Source of the DNA: a virus
DNA length: 64,000 nucleotides
Direction: 5' to 3' (one strand)
IMG/VR virus record: IMGVR_UViG_3300047323_000673
Coordinates: 116,808-180,807 of that record
Position numbers and translations under genes: made by a program. The notes below the pieces were generated by a model. The model ran no database searches, was not told the DNA's origin, and saw only the letters and a list, made by a program, of their open reading frames with translations. Positions 37,042 to 45,933 of this stretch are shown piece after piece (positions within the stretch are counted from its first letter, which is position 1; each line of letters starts with the position of its first letter).

Positions 37042-37737
37042 TTAATATTTTAAATTAAGTAATTTATGTAAAGTAGCATTTTCTTGAACTGAACAAAAGG
37101 AGCTTTCATATTCATAGTTTTGTCGACTATCAATCTTAGCATGAAGCGGATTAGAACTGTTTTCAAAATGTTGCCCAATAGCATTAATAAAATCTGAGCT
37201 TTTCTTTTTTAAGATTGATGAGATTTTATCTACTTCATCTTGATTCGTTACATAAAACGGCTGATTAAAATAACTATTAGCTAAATTATTAATAAATGGT
37301 TTAGCTTTAGAAGCAGTATTGACTTCAAATTGATAATGTAAAAGTTCATGTTGTTCTACTCTTTGTTTAGTACAAGAAAATTGTTGAGCTTCTTTTGCTA
37401 TATAAATAATAGGATGAATATTAACTTTTACGATTAATGAAGAAACTGTCATGCAATAATAATTTTTTCCAAGAGATGTAACTTTAAATGATGGTTGAAC
37501 ATTGATTAATGCATCAGAATTAAATAATCCCAAAAGGTTAGGATTTTTATTGCCTTTCACTGATTCTATTTGTCTGCTGGTATAACCATATTCATAATGA
37601 ATTGGATTCATATTAACTTGTATATCAAGATTTCCAAGAGGTTGTGGACATTCTTGAGCATGTGCGCAATGATTTATAAAAAATATACCTAATCCCAAGA
37701 ATTTAAACAACATTTTACTCATATCTTTATCAACCAT
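37042..37737 (-). CDS. Exported protein with HExxH motif (possible zinc peptidase)
   Basis: Signal peptide (AHA cleavage site); QHELLHYQFE. Confidence 0.5.
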   Translation of the reverse strand: MVDKDMSKMLFKFLGLGIFFINHCAHAQECPQPLGNLDIQVNMNPIHYEYGYTSRQIESVKGNKNPNLLGLFNSDALINVQPSFKVTSLGKNYYCMTVSSLIVKVNIHPIIYIAKEAQQFSCTKQRVEQHELLHYQFEVNTASKAKPFINNLANSYFNQPFYVTNQDEVDKISSILKKKSSDFINAIGQHFENSSNPLHAKIDSRQNYEYESSFCSVQENATLHKLLNLKY

Positions 37738-37830
37738 TCTTAATTTTTGTTGATGGTAACAAAAAAATGGATTAAATCAATTTTGACTTTGTGTATAAAA
37801 ATTATAAAATTAATAAAAAAAGGAAATATT

Positions 37831-38409
37831 ATGAAGATAAATAAATTTAAAATGTTAGGTGTTGCAACAGTATTAGTTGCCGCAGGATTTAATGTTCAAC
37901 ATGCTGAAGCAGCACAATATGGAACTCCAGTTCAACAAGAACAGAAAGTTGAACAAACTGAAAAATTAACCATTTTTAACTTAGTTGGTAAAGTTATTAA
38001 AAAATCTGATCCAGTAGAAAAAAAAGAAGTAGAAGTAGTTGATAAAGGAACAGTTTCTTCAAAATTAAATGATCGTTCAAAACAAGAAGATGTATCTAAT
38101 AACTCAGAACCAAATCAATCAGGTAATATTCTATTAAAAGCTTGGGAAGGAACCAAAAATGTAACTTCAAATTTGGCAGAAAAAGGCAAAGAATCATTTT
38201 TAGCTGCTAAAGCTAAGGCAGATGCAGAAAATGAAAAAAGACAAGCACAACCTAAAGTTGTTGAAGCCCGTGGACCTAACTTTGGTCAAGTATCTTCTGA
38301 GGATGTGGTTAAAGCAAAAGATAAGGTTGTAGGTGGAATAAGCAATCTTTTAGGGAAATTAAGAGCAGAGCCAACATCAGAAAATACAAATAAAGTTAAA
38401 CCAAATTAA
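37831..38409 (+). CDS. Exported hypothetical protein, paralogue of 38513..38899
   Basis: Start at 37831 after AAGGA; MKINKFKMLGVATVLVAAG; C-terminal KAKDKVVGGISNLLGKLRAE. Confidence 0.6.
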   Translation: MKINKFKMLGVATVLVAAGFNVQHAEAAQYGTPVQQEQKVEQTEKLTIFNLVGKVIKKSDPVEKKEVEVVDKGTVSSKLNDRSKQEDVSNNSEPNQSGNILLKAWEGTKNVTSNLAEKGKESFLAAKAKADAENEKRQAQPKVVEARGPNFGQVSSEDVVKAKDKVVGGISNLLGKLRAEPTSENTNKVKPN

Positions 38410-38410
38410 T

Positions 38411-38435
38411 AAAAAGCCCCATCATGGGGCTTTTT
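38411..38435 (+). terminator. Intrinsic terminator
   Basis: AAAAAGCCCCAT-C-ATGGGGCTTTTT. Confidence 0.8.
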
Positions 38436-38512
38436 ATTATAGAAATAATATTTTTTAAATTTTGACATTAATAATAATTTATATAAAATTAATATACAGA
38501 TTGGGAAATATT

Positions 38513-38899
38513 ATGAAAATTAGTAAGCTTACAGTATTAGGTGTTGCAGCAGTTTTAATTGTAGTTGGAGTAAACAAATTTGATGATCCTGAAAGAGAAA
38601 GACAATTAGATGCAGAAGCATCTAATTATCACTACATAACTCATGCAGAGGCAACAGTATTATTTAATGAAGCCGTTGATAAAACAAAAAAAATCGCACA
38701 AGATACTAAACAAACCATTATAAATAGCTATGATAAAAATCTTGAAAGCGAAAAGAAGATACAAAAAGCGGAAATCACCCCCTTACTTACTAAAGATGAT
38801 TTAATCAAAGGTAAAGATAAAACAATTGATGGTATTGTAGGATTTTTAGAAAAACTTCGCTCAGAATCACCAAAAGAAAAACATAAAAATAAACCGTAA
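38513..38899 (+). CDS. Exported hypothetical protein, paralogue of 37831..38409
   Basis: MKISKLTVLGVAAVLIVVG; C-terminal KGKDKTIDGIVGFLEKLRSE. Confidence 0.6.
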   Translation: MKISKLTVLGVAAVLIVVGVNKFDDPERERQLDAEASNYHYITHAEATVLFNEAVDKTKKIAQDTKQTIINSYDKNLESEKKIQKAEITPLLTKDDLIKGKDKTIDGIVGFLEKLRSESPKEKHKNKP

Positions 38900-38904
38900 T
38901 AAAC

Positions 38905-38925
38905 AAAGCCCCATTTTGGGGCTTT
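38905..38925. terminator. Bidirectional intrinsic terminator
   Basis: AAAGCCCCA-TTT-TGGGGCTTT. Confidence 0.75.
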
Positions 38926-38928
38926 AGT

Positions 38929-39306
38929 TTAAGGTTGGATAGGTGCAGGAAGATTTAACATATCTTCCCAATTTAAATGCCAAGCTTCGCAATAAGCATC
39001 ATAAATCCATTGTCCATTTTGCATCACATATCTTCCGATAGAAAAATTATTATCGTATATCCAAATACATTCGCAATGAATATCTTTGTGAAAAGGTTTT
39101 GTTTCAATAGGATCATTTGGTTCATAAATATGACCTTTCCCCCAAGCATAACCTCTATAACCCATTGAACTTATTTGCTGAGCCTGCTCTAAACTAATAT
39201 GATAAGTATAATCATAACTAACTAAACAAGAAAATTCTTGACCATCTTCAATAAAAGAAAAATCTTTTTTTACCCATTCACATACATAAATTCTGCCATC
39301 ACTCAT
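38929..39306 (-). CDS. Hypothetical protein
   Basis: 125-aa aromatic-rich ORF. Confidence 0.55.
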   Translation of the reverse strand: MSDGRIYVCEWVKKDFSFIEDGQEFSCLVSYDYTYHISLEQAQQISSMGYRGYAWGKGHIYEPNDPIETKPFHKDIHCECIWIYDNNFSIGRYVMQNGQWIYDAYCEAWHLNWEDMLNLPAPIQP

Positions 39307-39391
39307 ATCGTTATCTTATTGGTTCATTAAAATATTTGTAGTGTATTAAATTTATTAAGAAAAAGGAAGAGCAAAACGATTATAATTTAAT

Positions 39392-39416
39392 AAAAAAGCC
39401 CATATTGGGGCTTTTT
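39392..39416 (-). terminator. Intrinsic terminator after the GGDEF gene
   Basis: AAAAAAGCCC-ATATTG-GGGCTTTTT. Confidence 0.7.
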
Positions 39417-40539
39417 AAACTTTAATAACACGATTTCTACCATTTGCTTTTGCTTCATATAATCCAGTATCTGCTCTTGCTAATGTTTTACTAAATTCTT
39501 CTCCAACTTCATATTGTGTAACACCAACTGAAATAGATACTTTTAATCCATCAATAACCAGTTCAGAGACAGTTTGGCGTAAACGATCTGCGAAGAGATA
39601 TGCATTATCTTTATTTGTATTTTTTAACAAACATAAAAACTCCTCACCACCATATCTAGCACATATATCACCACTTCTTATTTGTGATTGTATGTGTGCC
39701 GCAACAGTCTTTAATACCGTATCTCCCATTGGGTGTCCATATGTATCATTAATACTTTTAAATTTATCTAAATCCATCAGGCAGACTGAGAAAATATCTT
39801 CTCCCTGATTAGCACGACGCTCTGCACTACTCATTTCATCCCATATAAAACGACGATTATAAATACCAGTTAATGCATCTCTGATTGCAAGCTCATTAAT
39901 TTGTTCATGAGCTTTTTTTAATTTTCTAAAAGCACTACGGCGAGAAAGTTCGCCTAATACAATAAAAAGAGTAAGTGCAAATATTAATCCTAAATGACTT
40001 TCAAAATGAATTTCATACCAAAATGGGTACATTTTTTCAATAACCCAAATGTTATTTCCAAAGGTTAAATGAATACTTAATATAGTGATACAGTCAATTA
40101 TTGACCATACTATTGCTGAGCCAATTCCTCCTAATAAAACAGCAATTACAGGAAGAGCACCAAACCATAAAGCGGAGGAAACTAATCCTTTAAAATAAAT
40201 AAGCTGACTTAAATTAAGTGCATAAAGGCTAAAAATAAAAAGTTCTCTCGTTAATGTTAAATTGCCAGTTTTTTTATAAATTAATGGGCTTCCCATCATA
40301 AGTAATCCCTCAAATACAAGTCCAATTGCAATACTTGTCATTCCTAGTAATGAAAAACGCACCAAATAAAAAGGGATACAAAAAAGACTCAAAAACCAAA
40401 CATAAAATAAATTAATATAATAAGTTGTTTTTTCAGAAGTTGCAGATTCTTCTTTCGGAATAAACCATGCCAAAACAGCATCATGTTTTTTTTGAAGAGT
40501 AGAAAATAAATTTTTAAATTTTTCTTTTATTTTATTCAT
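39415..40539 (-). CDS. Membrane-bound diguanylate cyclase (GGDEF)
   Basis: About five TM helices; DALTGIYNRR, DLDKFKSINDTYGHPMGD, RSGD I-site, intact RYGGEEF. Confidence 0.92.
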   Translation of the reverse strand: MNKIKEKFKNLFSTLQKKHDAVLAWFIPKEESATSEKTTYYINLFYVWFLSLFCIPFYLVRFSLLGMTSIAIGLVFEGLLMMGSPLIYKKTGNLTLTRELFIFSLYALNLSQLIYFKGLVSSALWFGALPVIAVLLGGIGSAIVWSIIDCITILSIHLTFGNNIWVIEKMYPFWYEIHFESHLGLIFALTLFIVLGELSRRSAFRKLKKAHEQINELAIRDALTGIYNRRFIWDEMSSAERRANQGEDIFSVCLMDLDKFKSINDTYGHPMGDTVLKTVAAHIQSQIRSGDICARYGGEEFLCLLKNTNKDNAYLFADRLRQTVSELVIDGLKVSISVGVTQYEVGEEFSKTLARADTGLYEAKANGRNRVIKV

Positions 40540-40760
40540 GTAAATATTCTTTCTTTTAGATAAGATAAAGAATTCTGATTTACATATATAACTAAAAAAT
40601 TTATGTATTGTAAATAAGCGGTTTTATTAATAATTACTAATAGTTACTGAACAAATGCTAGATGCATAAAAAATTAGATTAATTTAGAAAAAAACTTCTT
40701 TTCTTAAGCAATTTAGAGAAATTAATGATATAATAAATTCTTTAATTAATTTTACTAACT

Positions 40761-41132
40761 ATGAAACTATATTCTATTCTTATGCGTCATTGTGCTCCTA
40801 AAGATTGTAAAGAATCTATCGTTGGATATTTTGTTGCAGAAAATGATAATGTAGTTATGGAATATATCAATAAAGAGTTAACTTCAGGTATTTGGGAAGA
40901 TAGACATAATGAAGATGGTCTTTGTGAAATTTTGGATGACGATTATAATGTAATTGGCACAGAAACTTATAAAGAAAAAATGCTACGAATTCGTGGTGAA
41001 TTTAATGATGAAGATGCGGATTATTCTGATGCTTATTATGGAGTTACCCACTATGGTTGGACTGAAGGAAAAGAAGTATTAAATGAAGAAGTTGAAACAC
41101 TAGTTAAACTTGGTGTAGCTCAAAAAATTTAA
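40761..41132 (+). CDS. Hypothetical protein
   Basis: 123-aa acidic ORF. Confidence 0.6.
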   Translation: MKLYSILMRHCAPKDCKESIVGYFVAENDNVVMEYINKELTSGIWEDRHNEDGLCEILDDDYNVIGTETYKEKMLRIRGEFNDEDADYSDAYYGVTHYGWTEGKEVLNEEVETLVKLGVAQKI

Positions 41133-41181
41133 GCGGTTTATCTTTATTAAGCTAGTATTAATATATATTTAGGAGAAAAAT

Positions 41182-41682
41182 ATGGAATATACCAAAGTAG
41201 ATGTAGAAAAAATTTCGCAAATGATTCAAGATGGTACTTTGACCAAAATGATTGCTGTAAAAAATGTTCCTGTTAAAGCTATTAAATTAACACAAGAAGT
41301 AGTTGACAAGATTCTTGCTGAAGGTGGTTATAAAACCGTTGTGATTGATGATGAAGGTAAGCCATTTGTAGAAACTACTAATAAAAAAATTAATGTTGGT
41401 GATATGCTGGTTACTAACCAAATTGCAGGATATGATAACTCATATATTATCTCTGCTGAAAAATTTACTAAACTTTATACAGAAGGAAGTCAGCCTGATA
41501 TTTTTAATCCTGCTGGCGAAGATAGAACCGTATATGTAATTCCTAAGGGACTAAATTTGGAATTTGAAGCTCCTTGGGGTGGGGATATGAAAATTCGTGC
41601 GGGTGGAGTTCTTGTCCCCGATGGTGAAAAATTCTACGGTATTAATCCTGAAGAATTTAAAGCTACACACAGTGTAAAATAA
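41182..41682 (+). CDS. Hypothetical protein
   Basis: AGGAG RBS; GDMLVTN...YIISAEKFTKLY and APWGGDM segments of a kind seen in phage hypothetical proteins. Confidence 0.65.
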   Translation: MEYTKVDVEKISQMIQDGTLTKMIAVKNVPVKAIKLTQEVVDKILAEGGYKTVVIDDEGKPFVETTNKKINVGDMLVTNQIAGYDNSYIISAEKFTKLYTEGSQPDIFNPAGEDRTVYVIPKGLNLEFEAPWGGDMKIRAGGVLVPDGEKFYGINPEEFKATHSVK

Positions 41683-41683
41683 G

Positions 41684-41710
41684 AAAACGCCACCGCAAGG
41701 TGGTTTTTTT
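41684..41710 (+). terminator. Intrinsic terminator
   Basis: CCACC-GCAA-GGTGG plus T-run (GNRA loop). Confidence 0.8.
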
Positions 41711-41763
41711 ATATAATCAATGTTTTTTTATTATTTATTTTTAAATATAAAAACAAGAACATT

Positions 41764-41790
41764 AAAAAAAGCCCCTAATATGGGGCTTTT
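41764..41790 (-). terminator. Intrinsic terminator
   Basis: A7-GCCCC-TAATAT-GGGGCTTTT. Confidence 0.75.
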
Positions 41791-41807
41791 TATTGATATA
41801 AAATTTT

Positions 41808-42278
41808 TCAATACGCTACGCCCAAATCTTCTTTTAATGTATTTTTAATTTTTTTCATTTCGTTTATGTAAAATAGAATTACTCCTACTGGAATAATAAT
41901 GGTGGCAGCACCAAAGAAACTTGCTAAAATCAATGCATAGGTTTTAAAAAGACCAAAAGAATTTACAAAAGATCTAAATCCTAACTCCTCAGAATATTTT
42001 TTGTTTCCAGCTTTTACACCAATAATAATATTCTTATATAATGAAATCGCTACTTCTTGTCCAAGATTCTCATGCAATTTTTCAAAAAGATATCCAGTTG
42101 AAGTAATTTTTCTTAATTCAGAAATGTCTTCATAAAAGTCTATTGAGCCAACAGTTCCCCATTTTGAAACTTGGTTAATTGTACCTTTTCCAATAGACTT
42201 AAGTTTTCCAGTAATTAGCATGTTGTCTCCTTTTGGGTATTTAAGATGATCAAAATATAATATAATGAATTTTATCAC
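41808..42278 (-). CDS. Hypothetical membrane protein
   Basis: C-terminal hydrophobic hairpin; probable internal start (MLITGKL) after GGAG. Confidence 0.55.
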   Translation of the reverse strand: MIKFIILYFDHLKYPKGDNMLITGKLKSIGKGTINQVSKWGTVGSIDFYEDISELRKITSTGYLFEKLHENLGQEVAISLYKNIIIGVKAGNKKYSEELGFRSFVNSFGLFKTYALILASFFGAATIIIPVGVILFYINEMKKIKNTLKEDLGVAY

Positions 42279-42301
42279 TATTTATTATTATTGTAAATAA
42301 G

Positions 42302-42324
42302 AAAAAGCCCCAATTAAGGGGCTT
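42302..42324 (-). terminator. Intrinsic terminator after the PheRS-like gene
   Basis: AAAAAGCCCC-AATTAA-GGGGCTT. Confidence 0.75.
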
Positions 42325-42329
42325 ATAAG

Positions 42330-43430
42330 TTAAATTAAATAACCATTTTCTCCTTGATGTATTTTTTGATATATTTGCATATATATTCCATTAGCTTCTT
42401 CACTAGTTAAAGTTCTTTCAATATCCCTAAGAACAATTTTAAGTAAAATATTTTTTTGACTAGAGTTCATACCTAATCTTTCTCTTGCAACTTTAGGTAA
42501 ATCCTCATAACTAGTTTGTGCAACAACTTGAATACTTTCTATGATAGATTGAGTTCCTTCAGAAATACTATCAAGAATAAGCTCTGTTAACTCTTCTTCA
42601 TTGATTTCTTTATCAATAGCAATAGATAAATCTCGTTTAATTGCAGGTTGATTAGAAATGGCTTTATATTTATTCAAATGGGTCAATTGTTTTTGAATAA
42701 GTGGATTATTAGAGTTAAGAATACGAATGTCATCAATATTTTTAATTATCATGGCAAGTCTTTCTAATCCCATACCTAAAGCTAAACCATTATATTCTGA
42801 AAGATGATGATTAGCTAAAAGCTTTTTAGAAATCAAACCACATTCTAAAATTTCTAACCATCTATTTTGATAATAAATTTCTACTTCAATACCATCATCA
42901 GTATAGTTGTGAGAAGTTTCATTATATCTCCATTGAATTTTCCTTTTATGAACATCTTCAATAACAGAAATAATAGTTTCAACCAAAATAATTAAATCCT
43001 GTCTAGTTTGAGATTGAGATGTGAGATACCACACATCCATTTGATGAGGTTCTCCCACATGGGTTTTATCCCTGACATCTCTACGATAAACAATTCCTGG
43101 ACACATCCATAATTTATCTTCATCTTTTTGATAATTTCTAAGTAAAGATGGAATAACTGAACTCATCTGAGTTCTAAGCATATCATGTTCATTAATATAT
43201 TTAGTATAGCGAGTGCCTAAAGTCACTTCATTTTTGTCGTATCCCAGTGCATAATAATTATCATGGGCAGAAACAATTTTTGTGCCTTTTTCTATACTTG
43301 GTGTAAGAGAATATTTCTTTTCTAGCTTCTCTCTAATTTTATTCACTATGATTGAAACACAATGGTTAGAGTCTTCAGTCAAATCTTTTTTGTTTAGTAA
43401 ATCTTGCAACTGCTGTGAGGTTAAATACAT
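42330..43430 (-). CDS. Single-chain PheRS-like protein (alpha-type catalytic domain plus FDX anticodon-binding domain)
   Basis: MLRTQMS, GIVYRRD..DKTH...PHQMD (class II motif 2), WLEILECG, GLALGMGLERLAM (motif 3), then QPAIKRDLSIAID...RTLTSEEAN (FDX-ACB). Confidence 0.8.
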   Translation of the reverse strand: MYLTSQQLQDLLNKKDLTEDSNHCVSIIVNKIREKLEKKYSLTPSIEKGTKIVSAHDNYYALGYDKNEVTLGTRYTKYINEHDMLRTQMSSVIPSLLRNYQKDEDKLWMCPGIVYRRDVRDKTHVGEPHQMDVWYLTSQSQTRQDLIILVETIISVIEDVHKRKIQWRYNETSHNYTDDGIEVEIYYQNRWLEILECGLISKKLLANHHLSEYNGLALGMGLERLAMIIKNIDDIRILNSNNPLIQKQLTHLNKYKAISNQPAIKRDLSIAIDKEINEEELTELILDSISEGTQSIIESIQVVAQTSYEDLPKVARERLGMNSSQKNILLKIVLRDIERTLTSEEANGIYMQIYQKIHQGENGYLI

Positions 43431-43545
43431 TTTTTTCTCCTAATAAGTAAAGTTAAATATCAGGAGAAAAATTCTCCTGATTAAGTGGTAAAGCTTTTAA
43501 AGTGTGTAAAGTCAGATTCCATGATGTTTATTAAAAAATTTAGGT

Positions 43546-43572
43546 AATAAAAAAGGCACCATTAGGCGCCTT
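43546..43572 (-). terminator. Attenuator terminator in the PheRS-like leader
   Basis: AAGGCGCC-TAAT-GGTGCCTT-TTTTATT on the minus strand, between the leader ORF and the gene. Confidence 0.75.
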
Positions 43573-43596
43573 ATTGTTTAATTATTAGAACTTACT

Positions 43597-43686
43597 TCAT
43601 TCTTTAAGCAAAATAGCACCCCTAGCTTGGGTTCCAAAGAAATCAAACATAAAGAAGCTAAAGTTGTTTTTGTTAAGCATATTCAT
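43597..43686 (-). CDS. Phe-rich leader peptide (29 aa; not in ORF track)
   Basis: MNMLNKNNFSFFMFDFFGTQARGAILLKE*, with 6 Phe codons in residues 9-17, between the promoter and the terminator hairpin. Confidence 0.75.
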   Translation of the reverse strand: MNMLNKNNFSFFMFDFFGTQARGAILLKE

Positions 43687-43719
43687 AAGTATTCTAAAAA
43701 TATTGAGTAATTAATACAT

Positions 43720-43748
43720 AGTTTAAACTGAAGATAAGAAAAAGGCAA
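43720..43748 (-). promoter_or_regulatory. Sigma70-type promoter of the leader/PheRS-like transcript
   Basis: TTGCCT-N17-TAAACT. Confidence 0.65.
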
Positions 43749-43814
43749 GAGTTTTCTAAATTGATTTTAGTTAAGATTACTTTATAATAGTAAAGTTACC
43801 ATTAAGGAATAATT

Positions 43815-43961
43815 ATGAAAGCACTCAAATCAAAGTTGGCTAAAGAAATACTGGAAAGTGGAAAGAGAATTCCTTTAGAAGATGGAAGTAAACTAGAACA
43901 TCAAGGTAAAGAATACACTATCAAGATTGTTCCTAAAGCTTCAAATAAACCTAAAAAATAA
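43815..43961 (+). CDS. Small basic hypothetical protein (48 aa; not in ORF track)
   Basis: TAAGGA RBS; MKALKSKLAKEILESGKRIPLEDGSKLEHQGKEYTIKIVPKASNKPKK. Confidence 0.6.
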   Translation: MKALKSKLAKEILESGKRIPLEDGSKLEHQGKEYTIKIVPKASNKPKK

Positions 43962-43967
43962 AACAAC

Positions 43968-44741
43968 ATGAGTCAGTATTCAGAATTTAAAGAAAAATTT
44001 CTTGATTCAATTCAGGAAAGTATAAAAAATATAAAATCTTTTAAAAATCTTCCTATGAAATTAAAAAAAGACCCTAATTTCATAGCGGAAACTCTAAAAT
44101 TAGTTCACATAAATGAAGCATATGTTGGCCAATATGAAGAATTAGTTCCTGAAATAATAAAAGAATTAGATATAAATAAAGAGGTTGCATTAATTCTTGT
44201 TAAGTCACATGGATATTTACTATGTCGTTTGCCAGAACATTTTAAAGATGATGAAGATGTTATTTTAGAAGCTATTAATAGTTATGCTTTTTCCTTAAAT
44301 TATGCTAGTAAAAAATCAAAAGATAATAAAAAATTGGCTTTAGCCGCAGTTAAGCTTAAACCAGATATGTTAGAAGTGATTTCTAAAAGATTATGTGAAG
44401 ATAAAGAAGTAGTATTGGAAGCAGTAAAAGTTGATGGAAAAGCAGTTAACTATGCTCCTAACTTATGGAGTGACAAAGAAGTTATGTTAGAAGCAGCAAA
44501 AACTAACATAAATGTTTTGCAATATTTAGGGCAGGATTTAGTTGGTGATAAAGAAATAGCATTAGCAGCATATAAATGTGACAAATTTGCTTACCAATAT
44601 TTCACCAAAGAATTAAAACAAGAAATTATAGATAAAAATATTGAAGATATTGCTTCATATCTTGAATCATCAATTTTAGCTGATGCATTACAAACAGAAT
44701 TGATTGAGTCAAAAATACAAATAAAAAAGGTAAAAATTTGA
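43968..44741 (+). CDS. DUF4116-like repeat protein with C-terminal basic tail (KKVKI)
   Basis: DDEDVILEAI, DNKKLALAAV, EDKEVVLEAV, SDKEVMLEAA repeats. Confidence 0.8.
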   Translation: MSQYSEFKEKFLDSIQESIKNIKSFKNLPMKLKKDPNFIAETLKLVHINEAYVGQYEELVPEIIKELDINKEVALILVKSHGYLLCRLPEHFKDDEDVILEAINSYAFSLNYASKKSKDNKKLALAAVKLKPDMLEVISKRLCEDKEVVLEAVKVDGKAVNYAPNLWSDKEVMLEAAKTNINVLQYLGQDLVGDKEIALAAYKCDKFAYQYFTKELKQEIIDKNIEDIASYLESSILADALQTELIESKIQIKKVKI

Positions 44742-44769
44742 AAAATAATATTCAAATTAAAAATGATAT

Positions 44770-45930
44770 ATGAATAAAGATGACTATATTAAATTAATCA
44801 AAAAACAACATATTCAACGAGTTACAGCTAATATTAATCTTTTAAAAAATGTTCCTAGTTTATTTAAAAATGATAAAACTTTTATTTTGGAAGTAATAAG
44901 TAAACTCCAACTATATAACGATTTTAATATTTTATACGAATCAATATCAGAAGATTTACAAAAAAATAAAGAAATAGTATCAAAAATTATTGAAATTCAA
45001 CCTATCTTTCTCAAAAATTTACCTGAAGAATTTAAAAACGATGAGAAATTTGTTTATCAAGCAATAAACAAAGAACCATCTGCATTAATGTACGCATCTG
45101 ATAGGTTTAAAGATAATAAAAAATTAGTTTTATATTCCATAAAAGCATTAGATATGAGATTCAATATAAAGATTTTTTTAGAAAGCTTATCAGATAAAAT
45201 GAAAGATGATAAAGATGTTATATTGGAATGCATAAAGTCAGAACCTTCCTCATTTCTTTTGGCTTCAAATAAAATAAGAAATAATAAAGTAATAGTTAAG
45301 AAAGCAGTTAAAAACGATGTTGATTTATATAAATATCTTCCAGATGAGTTGAAAAGAGATAAAGAAATTGCATTACTGTTCGTGGGACGATTTGTATGTG
45401 CTTACCATGAATTACCCTTAGAATTAAAAAATGATGAAGATATAATATTAGAGGAATTAAAACATGATACATCGTGTTTACTTGATGCTAGTAATGACAT
45501 ATTTGAGAATAAAAAAATTGCTTTAGCTGCTTTAAAAAAAGATTCCCATTTTTTGAATAAATTTTCTGAACAATTAAGGGATGATGAAGATGTTGTATTG
45601 ACATCAGTTAAGCAGAATGGCTTAAGCTTAGAACATGCATCACCCAGATTAAAAAATAATAAAAATATAGTAATTGAAGCTGTAAAAAAAATAAGTCAAG
45701 CCATAAGTTTTGCATCTACTGAATTAAAAAATGATAAAGAAGTTGCTCTAGTTGCTTGTAGGAAAAAATCTTCTGTAAATTATCTTAGCGATGAACTGAA
45801 AAAAGAGCTTGATGGAGTAAAAGATATTGAAAGCTATTTAAAGGCGGCTATCCTTAAAGAAAACTTAGATAGTGAACTTTCTATGACAAAATCAAAAAGC
45901 ATGATGCAAACTAAAAAACTGAAAGTTTAA
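44770..45930 (+). CDS. DUF4116-like repeat protein with C-terminal basic tail (KKLKV)
   Basis: DDEDVVLTSVKQNGLSLEHASPRLKNNKNIVIEAV and similar repeats. Confidence 0.85.
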   Translation: MNKDDYIKLIKKQHIQRVTANINLLKNVPSLFKNDKTFILEVISKLQLYNDFNILYESISEDLQKNKEIVSKIIEIQPIFLKNLPEEFKNDEKFVYQAINKEPSALMYASDRFKDNKKLVLYSIKALDMRFNIKIFLESLSDKMKDDKDVILECIKSEPSSFLLASNKIRNNKVIVKKAVKNDVDLYKYLPDELKRDKEIALLFVGRFVCAYHELPLELKNDEDIILEELKHDTSCLLDASNDIFENKKIALAALKKDSHFLNKFSEQLRDDEDVVLTSVKQNGLSLEHASPRLKNNKNIVIEAVKKISQAISFASTELKNDKEVALVACRKKSSVNYLSDELKKELDGVKDIESYLKAAILKENLDSELSMTKSKSMMQTKKLKV

Positions 45931-45933
45931 AAC

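Noticed and set aside
14444-38512. Longest-ORF starts at 14444, 14994, 15658, 29173, 31219, 35639, 37747 and 38462
   Set aside because: They overlap promoters or upstream genes and lack an RBS. Downstream starts (14474, 15009, 15730, about 29131, 31267, 35582, 37831, 38513) fit the RBS or coupling better.
39415-39445. GGDEF protein ending in KV as a tail carrier
   Set aside because: GRNRV is the normal GGDEF end, and the upstream L..EL helix and KK are absent, so it was not counted.
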